A model generated the notes under the pieces. It made no database searches. It was not told the origin of the DNA and saw only the letters and a program-made list of their open reading frames with translations. 64,000 nt of DNA from an uncultured Oscillospiraceae bacterium (lineage in GTDB: Bacteria; Bacillota; Clostridia; Oscillospirales; Oscillospiraceae): positions 9,734 through 73,733 of the forward strand of contig CAUWNA010000040.1 in the NCBI GenBank assembly GCA_963560135.1, written 5' to 3'. Position numbers and translations under genes: made by a program. The stretch's first letter is position 1. Each line of letters opens with the position of its first letter. This document shows positions 27,590 through 36,842 of this stretch, piece by piece.

Positions 27590-29608
27590 ATGAAAGAGAA
27601 AACCATCCGTTCCAGCCTTGCCATTCCCGCCTGGCTGTTTGTTATGGCCAACGTACTCTACCAGGAACTGGCTCTGCACCTATGGATTACCCCCCAGCTG
27701 CACTGGGGCCGCCTGGCGGCCGTGACCGCCTTTGCCCTGGGCCTGGGTGCCGTGCTGGCGCTGCTGACCAGCCTGCTGCCCAGCGGGCGGTGGGTCAAGT
27801 GGGCCAGCGTGGCCGTGTCCGTGGTGGTGTGCGCCTTGTGGCTGACAGAATACTTTCTGTCCCAGGCCTTTGGCAAGTTTATGATTCCCACCACCATTCT
27901 GGGCGGCGCCGGCGGCGTGGCCCGGGACTTTGCCGGGGAGGTCAAGGCTACCATTTTTGGCAACTGGTGGCGCATCGTGCTGATGCTGCTGCCCAGCATT
28001 GCCTATGGCCTGCTGGCAAAGCCTAGGAAGGCCGGATGGAAACAGCGGGGCTGCCTGGCCGCTGCCGGTGTGGGGCTGTACCTGGCAGGACTGCTGGCGG
28101 TGTATACCTGCACCCCGGACTGGTCCAAGCTGGACAAGACCTACGAATTTGACAGCGCCGTGGGCAGCTTCGGTCTGAATGTGTCCCTGATTTTGGAACT
28201 GACCCAGGGCGGGAGCAGCGCTCAGCCGGAATTCGTCCCCACCCAGCTGCCGGAGGCAACCCAGCCCCCTGTCCAGCCCCAGAGCACTGAGTCCGGCGAG
28301 GAGCCGGCCGTGGTGTATGGGGAGAATGTGCTGCCCCAGCTGGATTTTGCCCAGATGGCCAAGGAGATTCAGAACCCCACCGCCAGCTCCATCTGCCAGT
28401 ATCTGGCCACCCTCACCCCCTCCCAGAAGAACGCCTACACCGGCCTGTTTGCCGGAAAAAACCTGATTCTCATTACCGCCGAAGCCTTCACCAAGGAGGT
28501 CATCGACCCGGAGCGGACCCCCACCCTGTACCGCATGGCCACCCAGGGCATTGCGTTCCAGGATTACTATCAACCCGCCTGGGGCGCCAGCACCATCTCC
28601 GGAGAGTTTTCCAATCTGACGAGCCTGGTGCCCACCAACGGCGGCTCCTGCATGAAGGAGGTGCGCCAGCAAAATCTGTTTCTCACCATGGGCCACCAGC
28701 TTCAGCGCCAGGGCTATTACAGCACCGCCTACCACAACCACCTAAAAGACTTCTATGACCGGGACAAGACCCACACCCTGCTGGGATATGACCAATACCT
28801 GGCCCTGTACGGCGGGCTGGACGTGACCCCCACCTGGCCGGAGAGCGACCGGGAAATGATGGACCTTACCATCCCCCAGTACATCGACCATCAGCCCTTC
28901 AGCATCTACTACATGACCGTCAGCGGCCACAGCATGTACTCCCAGAAGGAGAATGCCATGTCCCGCAAGCACTATGACAAAGTGGCCCAGATGGACCACA
29001 GCGAAAAGGTCAAGTGCTACTACGCCTGCCAGCTGGAGCTGGAGGAGGCTATGACGGCCCTGCTGACCCAGCTGGAGCAGGCGGGCATCGCCGACGACAC
29101 CGTGGTGGTGCTGGCCACCGACCACTATCCCTACGGCCTGGAATACAGCAGCACCTGGGGCAACCACGCCGACTACCTGTCGGAGCTGTACGGCGTGGCG
29201 CAGTGGGACAAGGAGATCCGGGACCACAACGCCCTGATTATTTGGAGCGGCTGCCTGGAGGGCAAAAACATCCAGGTGGAAGGCCCGGTGTACAGCCTGG
29301 ACATTCTGCCCACCCTCAGCAACCTCTTTGGCCTGCCCTATGACTCCCGCCTGCTGGTGGGACGGGACGTGTTCTCCCAGCAGCCGCCGCTGGTGCTGTG
29401 GCCGGATTTCAGCTGGAAAACGGACAAGGGCTTTTACGATGTGCGCACCGGCAAATTCACCCCCGCTCCTGGGGTGACGGTGGATGAAAGCTATCTGGAA
29501 GCCATCCACAACACGGTGGTGAACAAAATCACCTACTCCCGGTGGGTGCTGGAGGGGGACTTTTTCAACTATCTCGTCCCCTACGTGCTGCCGGAAACCG
29601 AACAATAG
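27590..29608 (+). CDS. LTA-synthase/sulfatase family membrane protein (alkaline phosphatase superfamily)
   Basis: About 190 aa multi-TM N-terminus followed by an extracellular sulfatase domain (NLILITAEAF, GASTISGEFS, VVLATDHYPYG). AAGGAG RBS before MKEKT. Confidence 0.8.
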   Translation: MKEKTIRSSLAIPAWLFVMANVLYQELALHLWITPQLHWGRLAAVTAFALGLGAVLALLTSLLPSGRWVKWASVAVSVVVCALWLTEYFLSQAFGKFMIPTTILGGAGGVARDFAGEVKATIFGNWWRIVLMLLPSIAYGLLAKPRKAGWKQRGCLAAAGVGLYLAGLLAVYTCTPDWSKLDKTYEFDSAVGSFGLNVSLILELTQGGSSAQPEFVPTQLPEATQPPVQPQSTESGEEPAVVYGENVLPQLDFAQMAKEIQNPTASSICQYLATLTPSQKNAYTGLFAGKNLILITAEAFTKEVIDPERTPTLYRMATQGIAFQDYYQPAWGASTISGEFSNLTSLVPTNGGSCMKEVRQQNLFLTMGHQLQRQGYYSTAYHNHLKDFYDRDKTHTLLGYDQYLALYGGLDVTPTWPESDREMMDLTIPQYIDHQPFSIYYMTVSGHSMYSQKENAMSRKHYDKVAQMDHSEKVKCYYACQLELEEAMTALLTQLEQAGIADDTVVVLATDHYPYGLEYSSTWGNHADYLSELYGVAQWDKEIRDHNALIIWSGCLEGKNIQVEGPVYSLDILPTLSNLFGLPYDSRLLVGRDVFSQQPPLVLWPDFSWKTDKGFYDVRTGKFTPAPGVTVDESYLEAIHNTVVNKITYSRWVLEGDFFNYLVPYVLPETEQ

Positions 29609-29689
29609 AGACAGCTTAGAGCCGCCCGGCAGATGTATGAACAGGGCTTGTGCCTGGAAGAATACATTGCTCTGTTAGATGCCGGGGCG

Positions 29690-29741
29690 TAAAAAACAAA
29701 ACTGCCATGGCAGCCGGGGAAAGCCGGTGCTGCCATGGCAG
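29690..29741 (-). terminator. Terminator of degV (also faces the LtaS-like gene)
   Basis: Two copies of the self-complementary ctgccatggcag flank ccggggaaagccgg. The minus-strand transcript continues into a U-run (plus-strand aaaaaacaaaa). Confidence 0.6.
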
Positions 29742-29758
29742 TTGCTGCTATATGGGAT

Positions 29759-30619
29759 TTATCGATGGCTGCCCAGGAAGAACAGGGCCACCGTTCCGGG
29801 GCCGGAGTGGGAGCCGATGACCGCACCGACGTAGCTGATGCAGACTTCCTTCACGCCGTAGCGCTCCTTGAGCACCTTTTCCAGATACTTGGCATCCTCC
29901 AGGCAGTCGCCGTGGGAGATGAACACCGTGGAATTGTCATAGCCCTGACCCAGCTCGCCAAATTTTTTGGCCAGGGCATCGATGGAAGCCTTCCGGCCCC
30001 GGGTCTTGGCTATGTTGATGAGGTGGCCCTCGTCATCCATATGGAGCACCGGCTTGATTTGCAGCATGGTGCCCACCAGGGCGGTGGTGGCGCTGACCCG
30101 GCCGCCCCGCTTCAGGTACATCAGGTCATCCACCGTAAACCAGTGGCACAGGTGATACTTGTTCTCCTCAGCCCAGGCATAGGCCTCGTCCAGGGTAGCT
30201 CCCTGCTGCCGCTGGCGGCACACGTACCACGCCAGCAGGCCCTCGCCCATGGAGGCGGACAGGGTATCCACCACCCGCACCTTCCGGTCCGGATACCGCT
30301 CCATCAGCTCCTGTGCGGCAATCATGGCGCTCTGGAAGGTTGTGGACAGGCCGGAGGAGAAGGACAGCACCAGGGCATCCTCGCCGCCGGACAGCACCGG
30401 CTCGATGGCCTCCGCCCAGCGCTGGGGGTTGACGGCAGCCGTTTTGGCGCTCTCGCCGTTGCGCAGGCCGTCGTACATTTCTTTCAGACTGTCGTCGTTG
30501 CGATCCTCATTCACTTGCCCCCGGAACTCCACCACCAGAGGAATTTTGATCAAATCCAGCTTTGCATAGGCTTCGTTGGGGAAATCGCAGCAGGAATCGG
30601 TTATGATTTGATAAGACAT
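29759..30619 (-). CDS. degV: DegV family fatty-acid-binding protein
   Basis: 286 aa. IITDSCCDFP N-terminus and SFSSGLSTTFQSA are typical of DegV. Confidence 0.9.
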   Translation of the reverse strand: MSYQIITDSCCDFPNEAYAKLDLIKIPLVVEFRGQVNEDRNDDSLKEMYDGLRNGESAKTAAVNPQRWAEAIEPVLSGGEDALVLSFSSGLSTTFQSAMIAAQELMERYPDRKVRVVDTLSASMGEGLLAWYVCRQRQQGATLDEAYAWAEENKYHLCHWFTVDDLMYLKRGGRVSATTALVGTMLQIKPVLHMDDEGHLINIAKTRGRKASIDALAKKFGELGQGYDNSTVFISHGDCLEDAKYLEKVLKERYGVKEVCISYVGAVIGSHSGPGTVALFFLGSHR

Positions 30620-30889
30620 GTTGCTTCACGCTCCAAAAAAAGAATAGACAACCGCTGATTTTGCGGTATACTAGGACTAGACACTACCCGGTAATCATAC
30701 AATACCCGGATGGGATTGTCACGTCTTTTTCCGAAAAAGCCCCGGATTTTGGGGCTACTTTTGGTAGAATCCCCCACTCTACTGGCAGTAGAGTGGGAAA
30801 AAGTTCGGGTTTTATCGGGTTTTCCGAAAAATCAGCCACTCTTCTTCCCATTCCGTCTATCGAAAATATTTCTGTTTAGGAGGATCCCT

Positions 30890-32056
30890 ATGACTCAATT
30901 GCTTCTGCGCCTGTTCGTTCCGGCGGACCTAACCAGCCCCAAAGCCCGCACCGCAGCCGGTGTCCTGTCCGGCTGTGTCGGCATTGCGTGCAACCTGCTG
31001 CTGTTTTTGGGGAAGGCCCTGGTGGGTCTGCTCACCGGCTCGGTGTCCATCGCCGCCGATGCCATGAACAACCTCTCTGATGCCTCCGGCTCCATTGTGA
31101 CGCTGATTGGCTTTCGCATGGCGGATAAACCCGCCGATGCCCACCATCCCTATGGCCACGCCCGTGCCGAATACCTAAGCGGCTTGGTGGTGGCAGCGCT
31201 GATTCTGGTAATTGGATTGGAGCTGGGCAAAAGCTCCTTGGGGAAAATTTTTCATCCCACCCCGGTGGAATTCTCCTGGATCGCCATGGGCATTCTGGCC
31301 GCTTCCATCTGCGTGAAGCTGTGGATGTACTGCTTCAACCGCACCATCGGCCGGCGCATCGGCTCCACCGCGCTGGAAGCCACCGCCGCCGACAGCCGCA
31401 ACGACTGCCTGACCACCGCTGCCGTGGCCGCTGCCGCTCTGGTGGAGCACTTCCTAAATCTGCGGGTGGACGGCATCATGGGTCTGGGCGTGGCCGTATT
31501 CATTCTGCACAGCGGCTGGGACCTGGCCAAGCAGACCATCTCCCCCCTGCTGGGAGAAACCGCCGACTCCGAACTGCGACAGAAGCTGCTGGATTACATC
31601 GCCCAACAGCCCAAGGTGCTGGGCTATCACGACCTGATGGTCCATGACTACGGCCCGGGTCAGCGATTTGCCAGCCTCCATGTGGAGATGGACTACCGGG
31701 AGGACCCCCTGGAATGCCACGAGCTGATCGACGATATGGAGCGGGAATGCCTGCGCAGCCACAACGTCCATCTGGTAATTCACTATGACCCGGTGGTAAC
31801 GGATGACCCGGCGCTGACCGCCCTGCGGGACCGGGCCGCCGCCCTGCTGAAAGCCCAGGATCCCCGGCTGGGTCTGCACGATTTCCGCATGACCCAGGGC
31901 CGGCAGCATGTGAATCTGATTTTTGACGTCTCTCTGCCCACTGACTTACAGGGCCAGGAGCAGGCCATTCAAGAGCGGATGGAGCAGGGGCTGAATCAGG
32001 GACAGGCGCAAGCCTATCACGTGAACATCACCTTTGATAACGCCGCCTTCGGTTAA
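30890..32056 (+). CDS. Cation diffusion facilitator (CDF) family transporter
   Basis: SVSIAADAMNNLSDA and HHPYGHARAEYL CDF motifs and a C-terminal cytoplasmic domain. AGGAGG RBS before the ATG at 30890. Confidence 0.88.
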   Translation: MTQLLLRLFVPADLTSPKARTAAGVLSGCVGIACNLLLFLGKALVGLLTGSVSIAADAMNNLSDASGSIVTLIGFRMADKPADAHHPYGHARAEYLSGLVVAALILVIGLELGKSSLGKIFHPTPVEFSWIAMGILAASICVKLWMYCFNRTIGRRIGSTALEATAADSRNDCLTTAAVAAAALVEHFLNLRVDGIMGLGVAVFILHSGWDLAKQTISPLLGETADSELRQKLLDYIAQQPKVLGYHDLMVHDYGPGQRFASLHVEMDYREDPLECHELIDDMERECLRSHNVHLVIHYDPVVTDDPALTALRDRAAALLKAQDPRLGLHDFRMTQGRQHVNLIFDVSLPTDLQGQEQAIQERMEQGLNQGQAQAYHVNITFDNAAFG

Positions 32057-32466
32057 TCCTTCCGTCTCAGCAATCCCAGCCCTGCCATCAGTAGGCACGC
32101 CCACGCAAACAGGCTCAGCGCCCAGTGGCCGCTGGCAATCATCGGGGTGGACACCACCACCAGGACATAGTGCAGCACCGTTCCCAAAAACTCCGAGCGA
32201 ACTGCCGCCATAAAATTCAGCACCAGCAGCACCAGTGTCAGCCCCAGAGACAGCGCTGCCAGAAAGCAGATGAGCTTCACGCTCTGCCGGTCTTTCGCCT
32301 TTCCCGCTTGGTACAGCACCATTGCCGGCGGCAGGAAAAACACTGCGGCCGCAAGGGTCATCATCCAAGCCCCTGCTCCTTGCTGCTCCGGGATAAATCC
32401 CAGGACGCTGCACACAATAAACAAAACGGCCCACAGGGCCAGCCAACTACGCTGCTTCATACACAT
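32053..32466 (-). CDS. Hypothetical 4-TM membrane protein
   Basis: 137 aa with four hydrophobic segments. Convergent with the CDF gene and overlaps it by 4 nt. No family recognised. Confidence 0.5.
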   Translation of the reverse strand: MCMKQRSWLALWAVLFIVCSVLGFIPEQQGAGAWMMTLAAAVFFLPPAMVLYQAGKAKDRQSVKLICFLAALSLGLTLVLLVLNFMAAVRSEFLGTVLHYVLVVVSTPMIASGHWALSLFAWACLLMAGLGLLRRKD

Positions 32467-32554
32467 TTCCTCGCCAAAGTTGATTTTTCCAGGCTTCTAG
32501 CCGGGAATATCCCCATTTTACCCCAACCGTCCCCGGTTGGCAAGCAAAAAAAGC

Positions 32555-32583
32555 TGGACAGTGGGGCGAATTTCTGGTATAAT
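32555..32583 (+). promoter_or_regulatory. Promoter of nrdR
   Basis: TGGACA, 17 nt spacer, TATAAT with an extended-10 TG (TGGTATAAT). Confidence 0.55.
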
Positions 32584-32619
32584 ATACCAAACATTTTGGA
32601 TAAAAGGAGGGATTTCCCC

Positions 32620-33075
32620 GTGAAATGTCCCTTTTGCGGTGACCAGGAAAGCAAAGTGGTGGACTCTCGGCACAGTGAGGACGGGCTGAGCATCCGCCGC
32701 CGCCGGGAATGCCTGAACTGTCAGCGCCGTTTTACCACCTATGAAATCGTGGAGAATCTGCCCATCATCGTGGTCAAGCGGGACGGTTCCCGCCAGAACT
32801 TTGACCGGAACAAGATCCTCAACTCCATGATCCGGGCCTTCGACAAGCGGAAGGTGGATGTAAAGGACCTGGACCGGATCACCACCGAAATCGAGCAGAC
32901 CATCCAAAACACTCTGGACCGGGAAATCAGCACCGACAAAATCGGCGAAATGGTCATGGAGCGGCTGAAGCCCCTGGACGAGGTGGCCTATATTCGCTTT
33001 GCCTCCATCTACCATCGGTTCCAGGATGCAGAGAGCTTTATGCAGGAGATCAGCAAATTCCTGGAGGAAAAATAA
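32620..33075 (+). CDS. nrdR: Transcriptional repressor NrdR
   Basis: GTG start 9 nt after AAGGAGG. VKCPFCGDQESKVVDSR...CLNCQRRFTTYE zinc ribbon plus an ATP-cone domain. Confidence 0.93.
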   Translation: MKCPFCGDQESKVVDSRHSEDGLSIRRRRECLNCQRRFTTYEIVENLPIIVVKRDGSRQNFDRNKILNSMIRAFDKRKVDVKDLDRITTEIEQTIQNTLDREISTDKIGEMVMERLKPLDEVAYIRFASIYHRFQDAESFMQEISKFLEEK

Positions 33076-33663
33076 ATGACCACAACACCTACCCAGCTTC
33101 TGGAAACCACAGCAGCCGCTCTGGAAACCACCGCCGTTACCGATCCCACCGCTGCCACCGAGGCCGTGCTGGACATCGCCTCCATCAAGGAAATCATGGA
33201 CGGCTTCGACCCTGCCGCCCTGCTGCCGGACCTGAGCAAGGTCTTTGGCAATCTCGCTACGGTGTGCCGCTTTGCGGTGATGATTGGCCCTGTGGTGATG
33301 CTGGCCCTGGGGCTGGCTTATCTGTTCCTGTCTCCCAAGGAGGCCAACTATTACTTCGGCTACCGCTGCTACTATGGCATGGGCAGTGTCAACGCCTGGC
33401 GCTTCACCCAGCGGCTGGCGGGTTTGGTGCTCTCCCTTTTGGGCGGCCTGCTGGTGGTGATGATGCTGTGGATCAGCAGCAGCTTCCCCTCTATGGAGGT
33501 CACCGCCATGGTTTGGAAGGCTCTGGACTGCCTGATTTGGCAGGCCGTGGCCGCCCTGCTGGCCACCCTGGGCATCAATGGCACCGCCGCCTTCTTCTTC
33601 GACCGAAAGGGCGAGCTGCGCAAAAAGCCCAATCGCTCCAGCCAAACCAAAAAACCGCAATAA
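33076..33663 (+). CDS. Membrane protein, SdpI/YhfL-like
   Basis: 195 aa. Starts immediately after the nrdR stop codon (TAAATG). Ala/Thr-rich N-terminus, then 4 TM segments with an NYYFGYR...W motif reminiscent of the SdpI family. Confidence 0.5.
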   Translation: MTTTPTQLLETTAAALETTAVTDPTAATEAVLDIASIKEIMDGFDPAALLPDLSKVFGNLATVCRFAVMIGPVVMLALGLAYLFLSPKEANYYFGYRCYYGMGSVNAWRFTQRLAGLVLSLLGGLLVVMMLWISSSFPSMEVTAMVWKALDCLIWQAVAALLATLGINGTAAFFFDRKGELRKKPNRSSQTKKPQ

Positions 33664-33671
33664 TGCAAACC

Positions 33672-33718
33672 ATCCCCTGCACCTGGAAGCCTTCTTCCGG
33701 TGCAGGGGATGCTTTTTT
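33672..33718 (+). terminator. Intrinsic terminator
   Basis: atcccctgcacc...ggtgcaggggat followed by GCTTTTTT. The T-run overlaps the stop codon of the convergent DUF2284 gene. Confidence 0.8.
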
Positions 33719-34256
33719 ATTCCTGAAACAACAGCACGGACACCCAGGTGACCACGTTGTCTCCAAACTGAAATTCCAAGCCCCGGCGCTCCAGCACCGG
33801 GATGATGTTGATGCCCTGGCTTTCCACGCAAGGGTGCATTTTTCCAGGCAGGCGGCAGGGCTGGCCGTCCAGGATGGCACAGCGCTGGCACAGGGTGCAG
33901 CTTTCCGTAGACAGAATGTACGGCTCCACACCTTGGTCCCGGAGAAACTTCCCCACCTGATCGGTGATGGCCTCGTGGTCCGGCCGGGTGGCCAGGGTCT
34001 GCTGGATGTCGGCAATGTCCTCCACCTGGGCCATGGTGACGATCAACAGCCCCCGGTTGTAGCTCAGGCAGGTCTTTTGGCACTGCTCCACGGTGCCAAC
34101 CCCAGGCGGACAGGCCCAGGACTTGCCGTACATGGGGCACTCGTGCTCGCAGATCCAGCGGATGCGCTGGGAAAATTCCAGCTCCTGGGGGTCAAAATAG
34201 TCATATAGATACAGCGGCAGCTGAGCAAGCTCCGCTTCCAGGCGTTCCCGGTTCAT
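33717..34256 (-). CDS. DUF2284 metal-binding protein
   Basis: 179 aa with CEHECPMYGKSWACPP and CTLCQRC cysteine motifs typical of DUF2284. Confidence 0.75.
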   Translation of the reverse strand: MNRERLEAELAQLPLYLYDYFDPQELEFSQRIRWICEHECPMYGKSWACPPGVGTVEQCQKTCLSYNRGLLIVTMAQVEDIADIQQTLATRPDHEAITDQVGKFLRDQGVEPYILSTESCTLCQRCAILDGQPCRLPGKMHPCVESQGINIIPVLERRGLEFQFGDNVVTWVSVLLFQE

Positions 34257-35152
34257 GGCAGCAGCTCCTTCTGTTTCAAATAGTCCCGCACCTGCTGGGC
34301 ATTGCGGTGGATTTCCGCCGTCAGAGCCTCCAGGCTGGGGAATTTCTGCTCCGGCCGGAGGAAACGGTAAAATTCCAGGGTGATTTCCCGGTCGTACAAA
34401 TCGCCGTCATAGTTAAGAATCCACGGCTCCACCGTCACGCCCTGGCCGTCCACCGTGGGCCGGGTGCCGATGTTCGTCACCGCCGGATAGGCACGGTCAT
34501 CCACCAAAGCACGGCAGATATAGACACCGTATCGGGGCGGCACCAGCTCCGGCGGCAGGGTCAGGTTGGCGGTGGGAATGCCCAGACGGCGGCCCAGCTG
34601 GTGGCCGTGGACCACCCGGCCTGTGAGGATGTGGGGATGGCCCAGGAACCGCACGGCGGTTTCCATATCGCCGCAGGCGATCTGGCTGCGGATGTAGGTG
34701 CTGGACACCCGGATGCCGCCAATGGACTGCTCCGGCACCACAGCCCAGGGAAGTCCTGCCTGGGTGCAGTATTCCGCCAGCCGCCGGCCGTTGCCCAGCC
34801 CCTGGCTGCCGAAGCGGAAATCCTCTCCGCAGACAAATCCGGCGGCATCATAGCGGCTTTGCAGCAGCTGCAAAAAGTCCTGCCAGGGCATAGCCCGCAT
34901 GGCCTCGTCAAAGGGCAGCCCCACCACCCGGTCCATGCCGAAGTGCTGGGTAAGCAGCCGCTCCCGGTCTGCACTGGTGTTGATCAAGCTGGGGGTAACC
35001 CCAAACACCAGGGTGTCCGGATGGTTGGTAAAGGTCACCACACCGCAGCGAAAACCTGCTTGACGGGCCAGGGCCTGACATTGGTGCAGCAGCGCCGCAT
35101 GGCCAATGTGTACCCCATCGAAAAAGCCCAGGGCGTAAATTGTCTTATTCAT
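34253..35152 (-). CDS. ribF: Bifunctional riboflavin kinase / FMN adenylyltransferase
   Basis: 299 aa. ALGFFDGVHIGH nucleotidyltransferase motif and a C-terminal riboflavin kinase domain (GIPTANL, YDREITLEF). Confidence 0.92.
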   Translation of the reverse strand: MNKTIYALGFFDGVHIGHAALLHQCQALARQAGFRCGVVTFTNHPDTLVFGVTPSLINTSADRERLLTQHFGMDRVVGLPFDEAMRAMPWQDFLQLLQSRYDAAGFVCGEDFRFGSQGLGNGRRLAEYCTQAGLPWAVVPEQSIGGIRVSSTYIRSQIACGDMETAVRFLGHPHILTGRVVHGHQLGRRLGIPTANLTLPPELVPPRYGVYICRALVDDRAYPAVTNIGTRPTVDGQGVTVEPWILNYDGDLYDREITLEFYRFLRPEQKFPSLEALTAEIHRNAQQVRDYLKQKELLP

Positions 35153-35210
35153 AATCTCACCACCTCTTGGGCAATTCGGAATTGATTATTGTGGTATTGA
35201 CCCCCATGTG

Positions 35211-35988
35211 CCACCCTTGCCTCTCCCTTTGGGAGAGGTGGCACGGCGTTAGCCGTGACGGAGAGGGCCTTTCCCAGTCCATCACCACGTAACGAACCGG
35301 TTGACACCCAATGGCGTGGGTTTACTGCCAGGGTAGCAGGCTCGTAATTGACAGCGGCGGCACGCCGCCCCTCTCAGTCACCTGCGGTGACAGCTCTCCC
35401 AGAGGGAGAGCCCAGATTGTCAAAAAAGTGCCTCGCAGAGTTCGCCGCCGTAGCGGCGAATAAAGTCAAATCCATTTTCGACCGGGGCGTGTACCTGGGC
35501 GAAAATACTTATCAGGCTGCAAGTGTGGAATTTGTTCGCCACGGGCGGACAAATTATGCACGTAGCAGACTGCAAAAACCTGTCGAAAAGCCCTGTGGGG
35601 GATTTTCGACAGCCTGAGCTCTCCCAGAGGGAGAGCCAAGTAGGGTGCGTTTGGTTTAAGTGCATTCGTTTCGGAAGGGTTCGCCGTTCCTCATCCATCT
35701 CGCCTGCGGCGAGCCACCTTCCCTCCGGGGGAAGGTTTTTTGGTGCGGAGGAACCACAGACGTGCTATCGTAAACGCAGGTGAGCGGCGGGGGCATGCCC
35801 CCGCCCTACGAAAGGTGCGTTCCCTTTCCCAAAACTATTGAGCTGTAACGAACCGGGTGACACCCAAAAGTGTGTGTTTACCACCAGGGTAGCAGGCTCG
35901 TAATTGACAGCGGCGGCACGCCGCCCGGGTGACACCCAATGGCGTGGGTTTAGCAGGCTCGCATTGTCAGCGGCCACTGGCCGCCGCC
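35211..35988 (+). repeat. Repeat locus R4, the largest block (core copies 35289-35369 and 35837-35925, plus truncated 35927-35988)
   Basis: Fills the entire truB-ribF spacer. It contains every module type seen elsewhere, plus a 205 nt hairpin-rich insert (35413-35617) bracketed by a duplicated gctctcccagagggagagcc. Confidence 0.88.
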
Positions 35989-36839
35989 CAGAAGCTTTTT
36001 ATGGTGGACATGACGCCATCTTCTACCTTTGCCAGCATGAGAAATTCCCCTTCCTGGCTGTAGGCTCGGTAGGTGTCCGGGGGAAGCTGGATGGAAAAGG
36101 CGTTGCCATTGCGGCAGCGCTTTTCCTGGTTGGCGGTGAGCACCACCTGGGGATACTGGGCAAACAGGCTGTCCACCGGCAGCAGCCACTGCTGAGGCTG
36201 GTCGCTGGCGAGCAGCTCGTCCAGGGGTACGGCCTGGTCGATGGTGTAGCGCCCGGCCTGAACCCGGCGCAACGCCGCCATGGTACCGCCGCAGCCCAGA
36301 GCCTGGCCGATGTCCTTGCACAGGGTGCGGATGTAGGTTCCTTTTGAGCAGCGCACCCGCAGGCGCAGCTGCTGGCCGGAAAATTCCAGCAGGTCCAATT
36401 CGTGAATGGTCACAGGCCGGGGCTTTCGCTCCACCTGCTGCCCCTTCCGGGCCAGGTCGTACAGCTTCTGGCCATTCACTTTCAGCGCCGAGTACATGGG
36501 CGGCACCTGCTGAATCTCCCCACGGAAGGCGTCCAGCGCTTTGCGCACCTGTTCCTCCGTGACGCACACCGGCTGCTGGGTCAGCACCTGGCCGGTGATG
36601 TCCTCGGTGTCGGTGGTGATGCCCAGTTGGAGCACGGTTTCATACGTCTTTTCGGCATGCTCAAAAAATTCCACAGCCCGGGTGGCCCGCCCCACAAACA
36701 CCGGCAGTACACCGGTGGCCATGGGGTCCAGGGTGCCGCCGTGACCAATGCGTCGGGTCTGATACACCCGCCGCAGCCGAGCGGTCACATCCTGGCTGGT
36801 CCAGTCCTGGGGCTTGTCGATGATTACAATTCCATCCAT
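35967..36839 (-). CDS. truB: tRNA pseudouridine(55) synthase
   Basis: 290 aa. GIVIIDKPQDWTSQDV, GHGGTLDP catalytic Asp motif, and a PUA-like C-terminus. The last 6-7 codons lie inside a repeat module. Confidence 0.92.
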   Translation of the reverse strand: MDGIVIIDKPQDWTSQDVTARLRRVYQTRRIGHGGTLDPMATGVLPVFVGRATRAVEFFEHAEKTYETVLQLGITTDTEDITGQVLTQQPVCVTEEQVRKALDAFRGEIQQVPPMYSALKVNGQKLYDLARKGQQVERKPRPVTIHELDLLEFSGQQLRLRVRCSKGTYIRTLCKDIGQALGCGGTMAALRRVQAGRYTIDQAVPLDELLASDQPQQWLLPVDSLFAQYPQVVLTANQEKRCRNGNAFSIQLPPDTYRAYSQEGEFLMLAKVEDGVMSTIKSFWAAASGR

Positions 36840-36842
36840 AGC

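Noticed and set aside
29625-29690. 19-codon ORF (MYEQGLCLEEYIALLDAGA) between the LtaS-like gene and degV, and a roughly 46-codon ORF at 9010-9150.
   Set aside because: Neither has an RBS or a recognisable motif. Both sit inside terminator or spacer sequence, so there is nothing to distinguish them from random ORFs.
30660-30889. NiCo (czcD-type) riboswitch upstream of the CDF transporter.
   Set aside because: The leader has an extended-10 promoter (TGGTAGAAT) and one simple hairpin (cccactctac-tggc-agtagagtggg). It shows none of the conserved four-way-junction sequence I would expect, so the evidence is insufficient.
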